Shown here in pieces: positions 11,301 through 26,193 of a DNA stretch of 64,000 nt (its first letter is position 1; the number at the start of each line of letters is the position of its first letter). The translations under genes were made by a program, and so were the position numbers. Source of the stretch: Balanoglossus misakiensis (lineage: Eukaryota; Animalia; Hemichordata); NCBI GenBank assembly GCA_040954595.2, contig CM082585.2, forward strand, positions 944,814-1,008,813. The letters are read 5' to 3'. A model generated the notes under the pieces. It did not search any database and was not told the DNA's origin. It saw only the letters and a list, made by a program, of their open reading frames with translations.

Positions 11301-14300
11301 TTTTTGATGATTTTCACCCATGATTTTTTTCAAAAATCGATGAAATTTATAGATTTTGCAAAGAGGAAAATTTGTCATTTTTTGATGATTTTCACCCATG
11401 ATTTTTTTCAAAATTGACGAAATTTTGAGTTTTTGCAGTCGAAAATTTGTCATTTTTTGATGATTTTCACCCGTTTTTTTTTCAAAAATCGACGAAATTT
11501 TGAGATTTTGCAGTCGAAAATTTGTCATTTTTTGATGATTTTCCCCATGATTTTTTTCAAAAATTGACGAAATTTTGAGATTTTGCAAAGTCGAAAATGT
11601 GTCATTTTTTGATGATTTTCACCCATGTTTTTTTTTTAAAAATCGACGAACCTATGATTTCTTTCAAAATCGACGAAATTTTGTGATTTTGCAAAGTCGA
11701 AAATTTTGTCATTTTTTGATGATTTTCAACCATGATTTTTTTCAAAAATCGACGAAATTTTGAGATTTTGCAAAGTCGAAAATTTGTCATTTTTTGATGA
11801 TTTTCACCCATGATTTTTTTCAAAAATCGACGTTATTTTGAGATTTTGCAAAGTCGAAAATGTGTCATTTTTTGATGATTTTCACCCATGTTTTTTTTTT
11901 AAAAATCGACGAACCTATGATTTTTTTCAAAATCGACGAAATGTTGAGATTTTGCAAAGTCGAAAAATTATCATTTTTTGATGATTTTCACCCGTTTTTT
12001 TTCAAAAATCGACGAAATTTTGAGATTTTGCAAAGTCGAAAATGTGTCATTTTTTGATGATTTTCACCCGTTTTTTTTTCAAAATTTGTCATTTTTTCAT
12101 GATTTTCACCCATGATTTTTTTCAAAAATCGACGAAATTTTGAGATTTTGCAAAGTCGAAAATTTGTCATTTTTTGATGATTTTCACCCATGATTTTTTT
12201 CAAAAATCGACGAAATTTTGAGATTTTGCAAAGTCGAAAATGTGTCATTTTTTGATTTTCACCCATGTTTTTTTTTTTAAAATCGACGAACCTATGATTT
12301 TTTTCAAAATCGACGAAATTTTGTGATTTTGCAAAGTCGAAAATTTTGTCATTTTTTGATGATTTTCAACCCTGATTTTTTTTCAAAAATCGACGAAATT
12401 TTGAGATTTTGCAAAATCGAAAATTTGTCATTTTTTGATGATTTTCCCCCAGTGGTTTTTTTCAAAATCGACGAAATTTTGAGATTTTGCAAAGTCGAAA
12501 ATTTGTCATTTTTTGATGATTTTCCCCCATGATTTTTTTTCAAAAATGGACGAAATTTTGAGATTTTGCAAAGACGAAAATTTGTCATTTTTTGATGATT
12601 TTCACCCATGATTTTTTTTCAAAAATCGACGAAATTTTGAGATTTTGCAAAGTCGAAAATGTGTCATTTTTTGATGATTTTCACCCGTTTTTTTTCAAAA
12701 TTTGTCATTTTTTGATGATTTTCACCCATGATTTTTTTTCAAAAATCGACGAAATTTTGAGATTTTGCAAAGTCGAAAATTTGTCATTTTTTGATGATTT
12801 TCAACCCTGATTTTTTTTCAAAAATCGACGAAATTTTGAGATTTTGCAAAGTCGAAAATTTGTCGTTTTTTGATGATTTTCACCCATGATTTTTTTCTAA
12901 AATCGACGAAATGTTGAGATTTTGCAAAGTCGAAAATTTGTCATTTTTTGATGATTTTCACCCATGATTTTTTTCAAAAATCGACAAAATGTTGAGATTT
13001 TGCAAAGTCGAAAATTTTGTCATTTTTTGATGATTTTCAACCATGATTTTTTTTCAAAAATCGACGAAAATTTGAGATTTTGCAAAGATGAAAATTTGTC
13101 ATTTTTGATGATTTTTACCCATAATTTTTTTTCAGAAATGGACGAAATCTTGAGATTTTGCAAAATCGAAAATGTGTCATTTTTTGATGATTTTCACCCG
13201 TTTTTTTTTTCAAAATTTGTCATTTTTTCATGATTTTCACCCATGATTTTTTTAAAAAATCGACGAAATTTTGAGATTTTGCAAAGTCGAAAATTTGTCA
13301 TTTTTTGATGATTTTCACCCATGATTTTTTTCAAAAATCGACGAAATTTTGAGATTTTGCAAAGTCGAAAATGTGTCATTTTTTGATGATTTTCACCCAT
13401 GTTTTTTTTTTAAAAATCGACGAACCTATGATTTTTTTCAAAATCGACGAAATTTTGTGATTTTGCAAAGTCGAAAATTTGTCATTTTTTGATGATTTTC
13501 ACCCGTTTTTTTTTCAAAATTTGTCATTTTTTTCATGATTTTCACCCATGATTTTTTTTTCAAAAATCGACGAAATTTTGAGATTTTGCAAAGTCGAAAA
13601 TTTGTCATTTTTTGATGATTTTCACCCATGATTTTTTTCAAAAATCGACGAAATTTTGAGATTTTGCAAAGTCGAAAATGTGTCATTTTTTGATTTTCAC
13701 CCAAGTTTTTTTTTTAAAAATCGACGAACCAATGATTTTTTTCAAAATCGACGAAATTTTGTGATTTTGCAAAGTCGAAAATTTTGTCATTTTTTGATGA
13801 TTTTCAACCCTGATTTTTTTTCAAAAATCGACGAAATTTTGAGATTTTGCAAAATCGAAAATTTGTCATTTTTTGATGATTTTCCCCCAGTGGTTTTTTT
13901 CAAAATCGACGAAATTTTGAGATTTTGCAAAGTCGAAAATTTGTCATTTTTTGATGATTTTCCCCCATGATTTTTTTTCAAAAATGGACGAAATTTTGAG
14001 ATTTTGCAAAGACGAAAATTTGTCATTTTTTGATGATTTTCACCCATGATTTTTTTTCAAAAATCGACGAAATTTTGAGATTTTGCAAAGTCGAAAATGT
14101 GTCATTTTTTGATGATTTTCACCCGTTTTTTTTCAAAATTTGTCATTTTTTGATGATTTTCAACCATGATTTTTTTTCAAAAATCGACGAAATTTTGAGA
14201 TTTTGCAAAGTCGAAAATTTTGTCATTTTTTGATGATTTTCAACCATGATTTTTTTTCAAAAATCGACGAAAATTTGAGATTTTGCAAAGTCGAAAATGT

Positions 14301-17300
14301 GTCATTTTTTGATGATTTTCACCCGTTTTTTTTTCAAAATTTGTCATTTTTTTCATGATTTTCACCCATGATTTTTTTCAAAAATAGACGAAATTTTGAG
14401 ATTTTGCAAAGTCGAAAATTTGTCATTTTTTGATGATTTTCACCCATGATTTTTTTCAAAAATCGACGAAATTTTGAGATTTTGCAAAGTCGAAAATGTG
14501 TCATTTTTTGATTTTCACCCGTTTTTTTTTTAAAAATCGACGAACCTATGATTTTTTTAAAAATCGACGAAATTTTGTGATTTTGCAAAGTCGAAAATTT
14601 TGTCATTTTTTGATGATTTTCAACCCTGATTTTCTTTCAAAAATCGACGAAATTTTGAGATTTTGCAAAATCGAAAATTTGTCATTTTTTGATGATTTTC
14701 CCCCAGTGGTTTTTTTCAAAATCGACGAAATTTTGAGATTTTGCAAAGTCGAAAATTTGTCATTTTTTGATGATTTTCCCCCATGATTTTTTTTCAAAAA
14801 TGGACGAAATTTTGAGATTTTGCAAAGACGAAAATTTGTCATTTTTTGATGATTTTCACCCATGATTTTTTTTCAAAAATCGACGAAATTTTGAGATTTT
14901 GCAAAGTCGAAAATGTGTCATTTTTTGATGATTTTCACCCGTTTTTTTTCAAAATTTGTCATTTTTTGATGATTTTCACCCATGATTTTTTTTCAAAAAT
15001 CGACGAAATTTTGAGATTTTGCAAAGTCGAAAATTTGTCATTTTTTGATGATTTTCACCCATGATTTTCTTCAAAAATCGACGAAATTTTGAGATTTTGC
15101 AAAGTCGAAAATTTGTCATTTTTTGATTATTTTCACCCATGATTTTTTTCAAAAATCGACGAAATTTTGAGATTTTGCGAAGTCGAAAATTTGTCATTTT
15201 TTGATGATTTTCACCCATGATTTTTTTCTAAAATCGACGAAATGTTGAGATTTTGCAAAGTCGAAAATTTGTCATTTTTTGATGATTTTCACCCATGATT
15301 TTTTTCAAAAATCGACGAAATGTTGAGATTTTGCAAAGTCGAAAATTTGTCATTTTTTGATTATTTTCACCCATGATTTTTTTTCAAAAATCGACGAAAT
15401 TTTGAGATTTTGCAAAGTCGAAAATTTGTCATTTTTTGATGATTTTCAACCCTGATTTTTTTTCAAAAATCGACGAAATTTTGAGATTTTGCAAAGTCGA
15501 AAATTTGTCGTTTTTTGATGATTTTCACCCATGATTTTTTTCTAAAATCGACGAAATGTTGAGATTTTGCAAAGTCGAAAATTTGTCATTTTTTGATGAT
15601 TTTCACCCATGATTTTTTTCAAAAATCGACAAAATGTTGAGATTTTGCAAAGTCGAAAATTTTGTCATTTTTTGATGATTTTCAACCATGATTTTTTTTC
15701 AAAAATCGACGAAAATTTGAGATTTTGCAAAGATGAAAATTTGTCATTTTTGATGATTTTTACCCATAATTTTTTTTCAGAAATGGACGAAATCTTGAGA
15801 TTTTGCAAAATCGAAAATGTGTCATTTTTTGATGATTTTCACCCGTTTTTTTTTTCAAAATTTGTCATTTTTTCATGATTTTCACCCATGATTTTTTTAA
15901 AAAATCGACGAAATTTTGAGATTTTGCAAAGTCGAAAATTTGTCATTTTTTGATGATTTTCACCCATGATTTTTTTCAAAAATCGACGAAATTTTGAGAT
16001 TTTGCAAAGTCGAAAATGTGTCATTTTTTGATGATTTTCAACCATGATTTTTTTTCAAAAATCGACGAAAATTTGAGATTTTGCAAAGATGAAAATGTGT
16101 CATTTTTGATGATTTTTACCCATAATTTTTTTTCAGAAATGGACGAAATTTTGAGATTTTGCAAAGTCGAAAATGTGTCATTTTTTGATGATTTTCACCC
16201 GTTTTTTTTTCAAAATTTGTCATTTTTTCATGATTTTCACCCATGATTTTTTTCAAAAATCGACGAAATTTTGAGATTTTGCAAAGTCGAAAATGTGTCA
16301 TTTTTTGATGATTTTCAACCATGATTTTTTTTCAAAAATCGACGAAAATTTGAGATTTTGCAAAGATGAAAATGTGTCATTTTTGATGATTTTTACCCAT
16401 AATTTTTTTTCAGAAATGGACGAAATTTTGAGATTTTGCAAAGTCGAAAATGTGTCATTTTTTGATGATTTTCACCCGTTTTTTTTTCAAAATTTGTCAT
16501 TTTTTCATGATTTTCACCCATGATTTTTTTCAAAAATCGACGAAATTTTGAGATTTTGCAAAGTCGAAAATTTGTCATTTTTTGATGATTTTCACCCATG
16601 ATTTTTTTCAAAAATCGACGAAATTTTGAGATTTTGCAAAGTCGAAAATGTGTCATTTTTTGATGATTTTCACCCATGTTTTTTTTTTAAAAATCGACGA
16701 ACCTATGATTTTTTTCAAAATCGACGAAATTTTGTGATTTTGCAAAGTCGAAAATTTGTCATTTTTTGATGATTTTCACCCGTTTTTTTTTCAAAATTTG
16801 TCATTTTTTTCATGATTTTCACCCATGATTTTTTTTTCAAAAATCGACGAAATTTTGAGATTTTGCAAAGTCGAAAATTTGTCATTTTTTGATGATTTTC
16901 ACCCATGATTTTTTTCAAAAATCGACGAAATTTTGAGATTTTGCAAAGTCGAAAATGTGTCATTTTTTGATTTTCACCCAAGTTTTTTTTTTAAAAATCG
17001 ACGAACCAATGATTTTTTTCAAAATCGACGAAATTTTGTGATTTTGCAAAGTCGAAAATTTTGTCATTTTTTGATGATTTTCAACCCTGATTTTTTTTCA
17101 AAAATCGACGAAATTTTGAGATTTTGCAAAATCGAAAATTTGTCATTTTTTGATGATTTTCCCCCAGTGGTTTTTTTCAAAATCGACGAAATTTTGAGAT
17201 TTTGCAAAGTCGAAAATTTGTCATTTTTTGATGATTTTCCCCCATGATTTTTTTTCAAAAATGGACGAAATTTTGAGATTTTGCAAAGACGAAAATTTGT

Positions 17301-19198
17301 CATTTTTTGATGATTTTCACCCATGATTTTTTTTCAAAAATCGACGAAATTTTGAGATTTTGCAAAGTCGAAAATGTGTCATTTTTTGATGATTTTCACC
17401 CGTTTTTTTTCAAAATTTGTCATTTTTTGATGATTTTCAACCATGATTTTTTTTCAAAAATCGACGAAATTTTGAGATTTTGCAAAGTCGAAAATTTTGT
17501 CATTTTTTGATGATTTTCAACCATGATTTTTTTTCAAAAATCGACGAAAATTTGAGATTTTGCAAAGTCGAAAATGTGTCATTTTTTGATGATTTTCACC
17601 CGTTTTTTTTTCAAAATTTGTCATTTTTTTCATGATTTTCACCCATGATTTTTTTCAAAAATAGACGAAATTTTGAGATTTTGCAAAGTCGAAAATTTGT
17701 CATTTTTTGATGATTTTCACCCATGATTTTTTTCAAAAATCGACGAAATTTTGAGATTTTGCAAAGTCGAAAATGTGTCATTTTTTGATTTTCACCCGTT
17801 TTTTTTTTAAAAATCGACGAACCTATGATTTTTTTAAAAATCGACGAAATTTTGTGATTTTGCAAAGTCGAAAATTTTGTCATTTTTTGATGATTTTCAA
17901 CCCTGATTTTCTTTCAAAAATCGACGAAATTTTGAGATTTTGCAAAATCGAAAATTTGTCATTTTTTGATGATTTTCCCCCAGTGGTTTTTTTCAAAATC
18001 GACGAAATTTTGAGATTTTGCAAAGTCGAAAATTTGTCATTTTTTGATGATTTTCCCCCATGATTTTTTTTCAAAAATGGACGAAATTTTGAGATTTTGC
18101 AAAGACGAAAATTTGTCATTTTTTGATGATTTTCACCCATGATTTTTTTTCAAAAATCGACGAAATTTTGAGATTTTGCAAAGTCGAAAATGTGTCATTT
18201 TTTGATGATTTTCACCCGTTTTTTTTCAAAATTTGTCATTTTTTGATGATTTTCACCCATGATTTTTTTTCAAAAATCGACGAAATTTTGAGATTTTGCA
18301 AAGTCGAAAATTTGTCATTTTTTGATGATTTTCACCCATGATTTTCTTCAAAAATCGACGAAATTTTGAGATTTTGCAAAGTCGAAAATTTGTCATTTTT
18401 TGATTATTTTCACCCATGATTTTTTTCAAAAATCGACGAAATTTTGAGATTTTGCGAAGTCGAAAATTTGTCATTTTTTGATGATTTTCACCCATGATTT
18501 TTTTCTAAAATCGACGAAATGTTGAGATTTTGCAAAGTCGAAAATTTGTCATTTTTTGATGATTTTCACCCATGATTTTTTTCAAAAATCGACGAAATGT
18601 TGAGATTTTGCAAAGTCGAAAATTTTGTCATTTTTTGATGATTTTCAACCATGATTTTTTTTCAAAAATCGACGAAAATTTGAGATTTTGCAAAGATGAA
18701 AATTTGTCATTTTTGATGATTTTTACCCATAATTTTTTTTCAGAAATGGACGAAATTTTGAGATTTTGCAAAGTCGAAAATGTGTCATTTTTTGATGATT
18801 TTCACCCGTTTTTTTTTCAAAATTTGTCATTTTTTCATGATTTTCACCCATGATTTTTTTAAAAAATCGACGAAATTTTGAGATTTTGCAAAGTCGAAAA
18901 TTTGTCATTTTTTGATGATTTTCACCCATGATTTTTTTCAAAAATCGACGAAATTTTGAGATTTTGCAAAGTCGAAGATGATTTTCACCCATGATTTTGT
19001 TCAAAAATCGACGAAATTTTGAGATTTTGCAAAGTCGAAAATTTGTCATTTTTTGAGGATTTTCACCCATGATTTTTTTCAAAATTGACGAAATTTTGAG
19101 ATTTTGCAAAGTCGAAAATTTCTCATTTTTTGATGCATTTTCACCCATGATTTTTTTTCAAAAATCGACGAAATTTTGAGATTTTGCAAAGTCGAAAA
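8301..19198. repeat. Satellite array 1, ~78-79-bp monomer
   Basis: Consensus AAAAATCGACGAAATTTTGAGATTTTGCAAAGTCGAAAATTTGTCATTTTTTGATGATTTTCACCCATGATTTTTTTC, with recurrent truncated monomers. Confidence 0.98.
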
Positions 19199-20491
19199 CA
19201 AGCATCGTCCGATTCGAATTCGACTCGTCATCGGTAGCTTTGTTTATTTCGCCCTTGGAGACCTCCCCTGGCCTCGTTAGGATGACTGTTACCAGGACTA
19301 CCTTAAACCAATATTTTCGAACCGGACGGTACACACGTCATGTCTTTGTTAATTGTCCAGGTACCAGAGTGTACGTGTGGGCTCCCTAAACCACTCATTG
19401 GCGGCCGGTCCCTGTCCGAATAAACACGTTTGACAGACAAAAAATGATGAACAAGTGGCTTATTTCAATACTTCGTTAACTAGACGGCTGAACTCTGAAT
19501 GTTGATTCAGCAAAAAAAATGTGTTTACGGCAAGGTTTCGATCAATACGACACATTTACCATTGAAAACGCCCAAAGTAAGTGGGGGCGTTTGACCATCA
19601 ATCAAAACCACGCCCAGGTGCATGTGAACGGCCGAAGCAGTGTAACGTTTCACATTCCGTGCAACGTCCGACACTGTGTGAAAGCGGTTGCTGTCGGGTG
19701 GCTTGACCTAATTTTCGTACATTGATATGCATTTGACACCTCACTACCTGTTTACTCAATATTGCTAAATTTTTGCGTTGAAATATCACTGAAATGTTGA
19801 TGATCCACGCACAAGTCGTCTACCCCGGCATGAAAAGCGTCTTATACAAGAAAACTAATTGCACATGACCACCAAGGTCATACCGCAAGGTGTGTCTAAA
19901 TGTCAAGGAAGGACACTTGGGTCAAGAACGACCATGACGGAGGAAAAACCGACAAGTCATTGTGTAACCTGTTTACTTGCCAATAGTCAAACGTCAAAAT
20001 TTACTCTCAACTTGGTTGCAGATCGAGTCTCCCGAATTTCCAACTTTTATGATTGGGTAAATACCGATATGCGACTGGTATGCGACGCGTTGACGACGCG
20101 AAGATTTTGTTGAAATCAAATGGTTTGTCAAATGTCATCTCACACTGGAGATACCGTGGTCATCTGACATGAAAGGGTTCGATTGGGTCTGACCGCCGTC
20201 GTTCATCCATGCTTAGAAAGCGGCGATCATGGTACAAAGTAAAACCAAGGTCAAACCTTACTGAACACATGTATTGCATGGAGAAACTTTTCTCCCTGTC
20301 TGTGTACTGAACACGTACCGTGATTGCCATAGTTACAAACGTTACCACGTGAGAGAGATTGCATTTTACATCTGTCTTTTCAATTTTGTTGCTTTCTTAC
20401 TATTCGGAATGATGGAGTCGAAACGAAAACTTTTTGCTTCAGGTGGACCTAGGGGAAATACCTTATTTGTGACTTTTTTCATGACCCTAAA
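19199..20491. repeat. 1.29-kb non-satellite island, copy 1
   Basis: Nearly identical to 26194-27486 (offset 6995); only short ORFs. Confidence 0.95.
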
Positions 20492-23400
20492 TTTGATGAT
20501 TTTTACCCATGATTTTTTTTCAAAAATGGACGAAATTTTGAGATTTTGCAAAGACGAAAATTTGTCATTTTTTGATGATTTTCACCCATGATTTTTTTTC
20601 AAAAATCGACGAAATTTTGAGATTTTGCAAAGTCGTAAATGTGTCATTTTTTGATGATTTTCACCAGTTTTTTTTTCAAAATTTGTCATTTTTTGATGAT
20701 TTTCCCCCATGATTTTTTTCAAAAATCGACGAAAATTTGAGATTTTGCAAAGACGAAAATTTGTCATTTTTGATGATTTTTACCCATGATTTTTTTTAAA
20801 AAATGGACGAAATTTTGAGATTTTGCAAAGACGAAAATTTGTCATTTTTTGATGATTTTCACCCATGATTTTTTTTCAAAAAACGACGAAATTTTGAGAT
20901 TTTGCAAAGAGGAAAATTTGTCATTTTTTCATGATTTTCACCCATGATTTTTTTCAAAAATCGACGAAATTTTGAGATTTTGCAAAGAGGAAAATTTGTC
21001 ATTTTTTCATGATTTTCACCCATGATTTTTTTCAAAAATCGACGAAAATTTGAGATTTTGCAAAGACGAAAATTTGTCATTTTTGATGATTTTTACCCAT
21101 GATTTTTTTTCAAAAATGGACGAAATTTTGAGATTTTGCAAAGACGAAAATTTGTCATTTTTTGATGATTTTCAGCAATGATTTTTTTTCAAAAAACGAC
21201 GAAATTTTGAGATTTTGCAGAGGAAAATGTGTCATTTTTTGATGATTTTCACCCGTTTTTTTTTTCAAAATTTGTCATTTTTTGATGATTTTCTCCCATG
21301 ATTTTTTTCAAAAATTGACGAAATTTTGAGATTTTGCAAAGTCGAAAATTTGTCATTTTTTGATGATTTTCACCCATGATTTTTTTCAAAAATCGACGAA
21401 ATTTTGAGATTTTGCAAAGTCGAAAATTTGTCATTTTTTGATGATTTTCCCCCATGTTTTTTTTTTAAATGGACGAAATTTTGAGATTTTGCAAAGACGA
21501 AAATTTGTTATTTTTTGATGATTTTCACCCATGATTTTTTCAAAAATTGACGAAATTTTGAGATTTTGCAAAGTCGAAAATTTGTCATTTTTTGATGATT
21601 TTCACACATGATTTTTTTCAAAAATCGACGAAATTGTGAGATTTTGCAAAGACGAAAATTTGTCATTTTTTGATGATTTTTACCCATGATTTTTTTTCAA
21701 AAATGGACGAAATTTTGAGGTTTTGCAAAGTCGAAAATTTGTCATCTTTTGATGATTTTCACACATGATTTTTTTCAAAAATCGACGAAATTGTGAGATT
21801 TTGCAAAGACGAAAATTTGTTATTTTTTGATGATTTTCACCCATGTCTTTTTTTAAAAATCGACGAAATTTTGAGATTTTGCAAAGAGGAAAATTTGTCA
21901 TTTTTTCATGATTTTCCCCCATGATTTTTTTCAAAAATCGACGAAATTTTGAGATTTTGCAAAGTCGACGAAAATGTGTCATTTTTTGATGATTTTCAAC
22001 CGTTTTTTTTCAAAATTTGTCATTTTTTGATGATATTCACCCATGTTTTTTTTTTAAAAAATCGACGAACCTATGATTTTTTTCAAAATCGACGAAATTT
22101 TGTGATTTTACAAAGTCGAAAATTTTGTCATTTTTTGATGATTTTCAACCATGATTTTTTTTCAAAAATCGACGAAAATTTGAGATTTTGCAAAGACGAA
22201 AATTTGTTATTTTTGATGATTTTTACCCATGATTTTTTTTCAAAAATGGACGAAATTTTGAGATTTTGCAAAGACGAAAATTTGTCATTTTTTGATGATT
22301 TTCACCCATGATTTTTTTTTCAAAAATCGACGAAATTTTGAGATTTTGCAAAGAGGAAAATTTGTCATTTTTTCATGATTTTCCCCCATGATTTTTTTCA
22401 AAAATCGACGAAATTTTGTGATTTTACAAAGTCGAAAATTTTGTCATTTTTTGATGATTTTCAACCATGATTTTTTTTCAAAAATCGACGAAAATTTGAG
22501 ATTTTGCAAAGACGAAAATTTGTCATTTTTGATGATTTTTACCCATGATTTTTTTTCAAAAATGGACGAAATTTTGAGATTTTGCAAAGACGAAAATTTG
22601 TCATTTTTTGATGATTTTCACCCATGCTTTTTTTCAAAAATCGACGAAATTTTGAGATTTTGCAAAGTCGTAAATGTGTCATTTTTTGATGATTTTCACC
22701 AGTTTTTTTTTTTTCAAAATTTGTCATTTTTTCATGATTTTCCCCCATGATTTTTTTCAAAAATCGACGAAAATTTGAGATTTTGCAAAGACGAAAATTT
22801 GTCATTTTTGATGATTTTTACCCATGATTTTTTTTCAAAAATGGACGAAATTTTGAGATTTTGCAAAGACGAAAATTTGTCATTTTTTGATGATTTACAC
22901 CCATGATTTTTTTTCAAAAAACGACGAAATTTTGAGATTTTGCAAAGAGGAAAATTTGTCATTTTTTCATGATTTTCACCCATGATTTTTTTCAAAAATC
23001 GACGAAATTTTGAGATTTTGCAAAGAGGAAAATTTGTCATTTTTTCATGATTTTCCCCCGTTTTTTTTTTTTCAAAATTTGTCATTTTTTGATGATTTTC
23101 TCCCATGATTTTTTTCAAAAATTGACGAAATTTTGAGATTTTGCAAAGTCGAAAATTTGTCATTTTTGATGATTTTTACCCATGATTTTTTTTCAAAAAT
23201 GGACGAAATTTTGAGATTTTGCAAAGACGAAAATTTGTCATTTTTTGATGATTTTCACCCGTTTTTTTTCAAAATTTGTCATTTTTTGATGATTTTCACC
23301 CATGATTTTTTTTCAAAAATCGACGAAATTTTGAGATTTTGCAAAGTCGAAAATTTGTCATTTTTTGATGATTTTCACCCATGATTTTTTTCAAAAATCG

Positions 23401-26193
23401 ACTAAATGTTGAGATTTTGCAAAGTCGAAAATGTGTCATTTTTTGATGATTTTCACCCGTTTTTTTTTCAAAATTTGTCATTTTTTCATGATTTTCACCC
23501 ATGATTTTTTTCAAAAATCGACGAAATTTTGTGATTTTGCAAAGTCGAAAATTTTGTCATTTTTTGATGATTTTCAACCATGATTTTTTTTCAAAAATCG
23601 ACGAAATTTTGTGATTTTACAAAGTCGAAAATTTTGTCATTTTTTGATGATTTTCAACCATGATTTTTTTTCAAAAATCGACGAAAATTTGAGATTTTGC
23701 AAAGACGAAAATTTGTCATTTTTGATGATTTTTACCCATGATTTTTTTTCAAAAATGGACGAAATTTTGAGATTTTGCAAAGACGAAAATTTGTCATTTT
23801 TTGATGATTTTCACCCATGATTTTTTTTCAAAAATCGACGAAATTTTGAGATTTTGCAAAGTCGTAAATGTGTCATTTTTTGATGATTTTCACCAGTTTT
23901 TTTTTTTCAAAATTTGTCATTTTTTCATGATTTTCCCCCATGATTTTTTTCAAAAATCGACGAAAATTTGAGATTTTGCAAAGACGAAAATTTGTCATTT
24001 TTGGTGATTTTTACCCATGATTTTTTTTCAAAAATGGACGAAATTTTGAGATTTTGCAAAGACGAAAATTTGTCATTTTTTGATGATTTTCACCCATGAT
24101 TTTTTTTCAAAAAACGACGAAATTTTGAGATTTTGCAAAGAGGAAAATTTGTCATTTTTTCATGATTTTCACCCATGATTTTTTTCAAAAATCGACGAAA
24201 TTTTGAGATTTTGCAAAGAGGAAAATTTGTCATTTTTTCATGATTTTCCCCCATGATTTTTTTCAAAAATCGACGAAAATTTGAGATTTTGCAAAGACGA
24301 AAATTTGTCATTTTTGATGATTTTTACCCATGATTTTTTTTCAAAAATGGACGAAATTTTGAGATTTTGCAAAGACGAAAATTTGTCATTTTTTGATGAT
24401 TTTCACCAATGATTTTTTTTCAAAAAACGACGAAATTTTGAGATTTTGCAAAGTCGAAAATTTGTCATTTTTTGATGATTTTCACCCATGATTTTTTTCA
24501 AAAATCGACGAAATTTTGAGATTTTGCAAAGTCGAAAATTTGTCATTTTTTGATGATTTTCCCCCATGTTTTTTTTTTTAAATGGACGAAATTTTGAGAT
24601 TTTGCAAAGACGGAAATTTGTTATTTTTTGATGATTTTCACCCATGATTTTTTCAAAAATTGACGAAATTTTGAGATTTTGCAAAGTCGAAAATTTGTCA
24701 TTTTTTGATGATTTTCACCCATGATTTTTTTCAAAAATCGACGAAATTTTGAGATTTTGCAAAGTCGAAAATGTGCCATTTTTTGATGATTTTCACCCAT
24801 GTTTTTTTTTTAAAAATCGACGAACCTATGATTTTTTTCAAAATCGACGAAATTTTGTGATTTTGCAAAGTCGAAAATTTTGTCATTTTTTGATGATTTT
24901 CAACCATGATTTTTTTTCAAAAATCGATGAAATTTTGAGATTTTGCAGTAAAAAAATTGTCATTTTTTGATGATTTTCACCCATGATTTTTTTCAAAATT
25001 GACGAAATTTTGAGATTTTGCAGTCGAAAATTTGTCATTTTTTGATCATTTTCCCCCATGATTTTTTTCAAAAATCGACGAAATGTTGAGATTTTGCAAA
25101 GTCGAAAAATTGTCATTTTTTGATGATTTTCACCCATGATTTTTTTCAAAAATCGACGAAATGTTGAGATTTTGCAAAATCGAAAATTTGTCATTTTTTG
25201 ATGATTTTCACCCGTTTTTTTTCAAAATTTGTCATTTTTTGATGATTTTCACCCATGATTTTTTTTCAAAAATCGACGAAATTTTGAGATTTTGCAAAGT
25301 CGAAAATTTGTCATTTTTTGATGATTTTCACCCATGATTTTCTTCAAAAATCGACGAAATTTTGAGATTTTGCAAAGTCGAAAATTTGTCATTTTTTGAT
25401 GATTTTCACCCATGATTTTTTTTCTAAAATCGACGAAATGTTGAGATTTTGCAAAGTCGAAAATTTGTCATTTTTTGATGATTTTCACCCATGATTTTTT
25501 TCAAAAATCGACGAAATGTTGAGATTTTGCAAAGTCGAAAATTTTGTCATTTTTTGATGATTTTCAACCATGATTTTTTTTCAAAAATCGACGAAATTTT
25601 GAGATTTTGCAAAATCGAAAATTTGTCATTTTTTGATGATTTTCCCCCAGTGGTTTTTTTCAAAATCGACGAAATTTTGAGATTTTGCAAAGTCGAAAAT
25701 GTGTCATTTTTTGATGATTTTCACCCGTTTTTTTTCAAAATTTGTCATTTTTTCATGATTTTCACCCATGATTTTTTTAAAAAATCGACGAAATTTTGAG
25801 ATTTTGCAAAGTCGAAAATTTGTCATTTTTTGATGATTTTCACCCATGATTTTTTTCAAAAATCGACGAAATTTTGAGATTTTGCAAAGTCGAAGATGAT
25901 TTTCACCCATGATTTTGTTCAAAAATCGACGAAATTTTGAGATTTTGCAAAGTCGAAAATTTGTCATTTTTTGAGGATTTTCACCCATGATTTTTTTCAA
26001 AATTGACGAAATTTTGAGATTTTGCAAAGTCGAAAATTTGTCATTTTTTGAGGATTTTCACCCATGATTTTTTTCAAAATTGACGAAATTTTGAGATTTT
26101 GCAAAGTCGAAAGTTTCTCATTTTTTGATGCATTTTCACCCATGATTTTTTTTCAAAAATCGACGAAATTTTGAGATTTTGCAAAGTCGAAAA
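20492..26193. repeat. Satellite array 2, same monomer
   Basis: Same consensus. The part up to ~24650 is enriched in AAAGACGAAAA, AAAGAGGAAAA and ATGGACG variants. Confidence 0.98.

Noticed and set aside
19444-19498. ATGATGA...CTGA box C/D-like pair in the island
   Set aside because: Short span, no terminal stem and no recognisable guide.
8301-26193. Dozens of ORFs such as MGENHQKMTNFRLCKISKFRRFLKK
   Set aside because: Translations of the satellite monomer, with frames broken by variable T runs; not genes.
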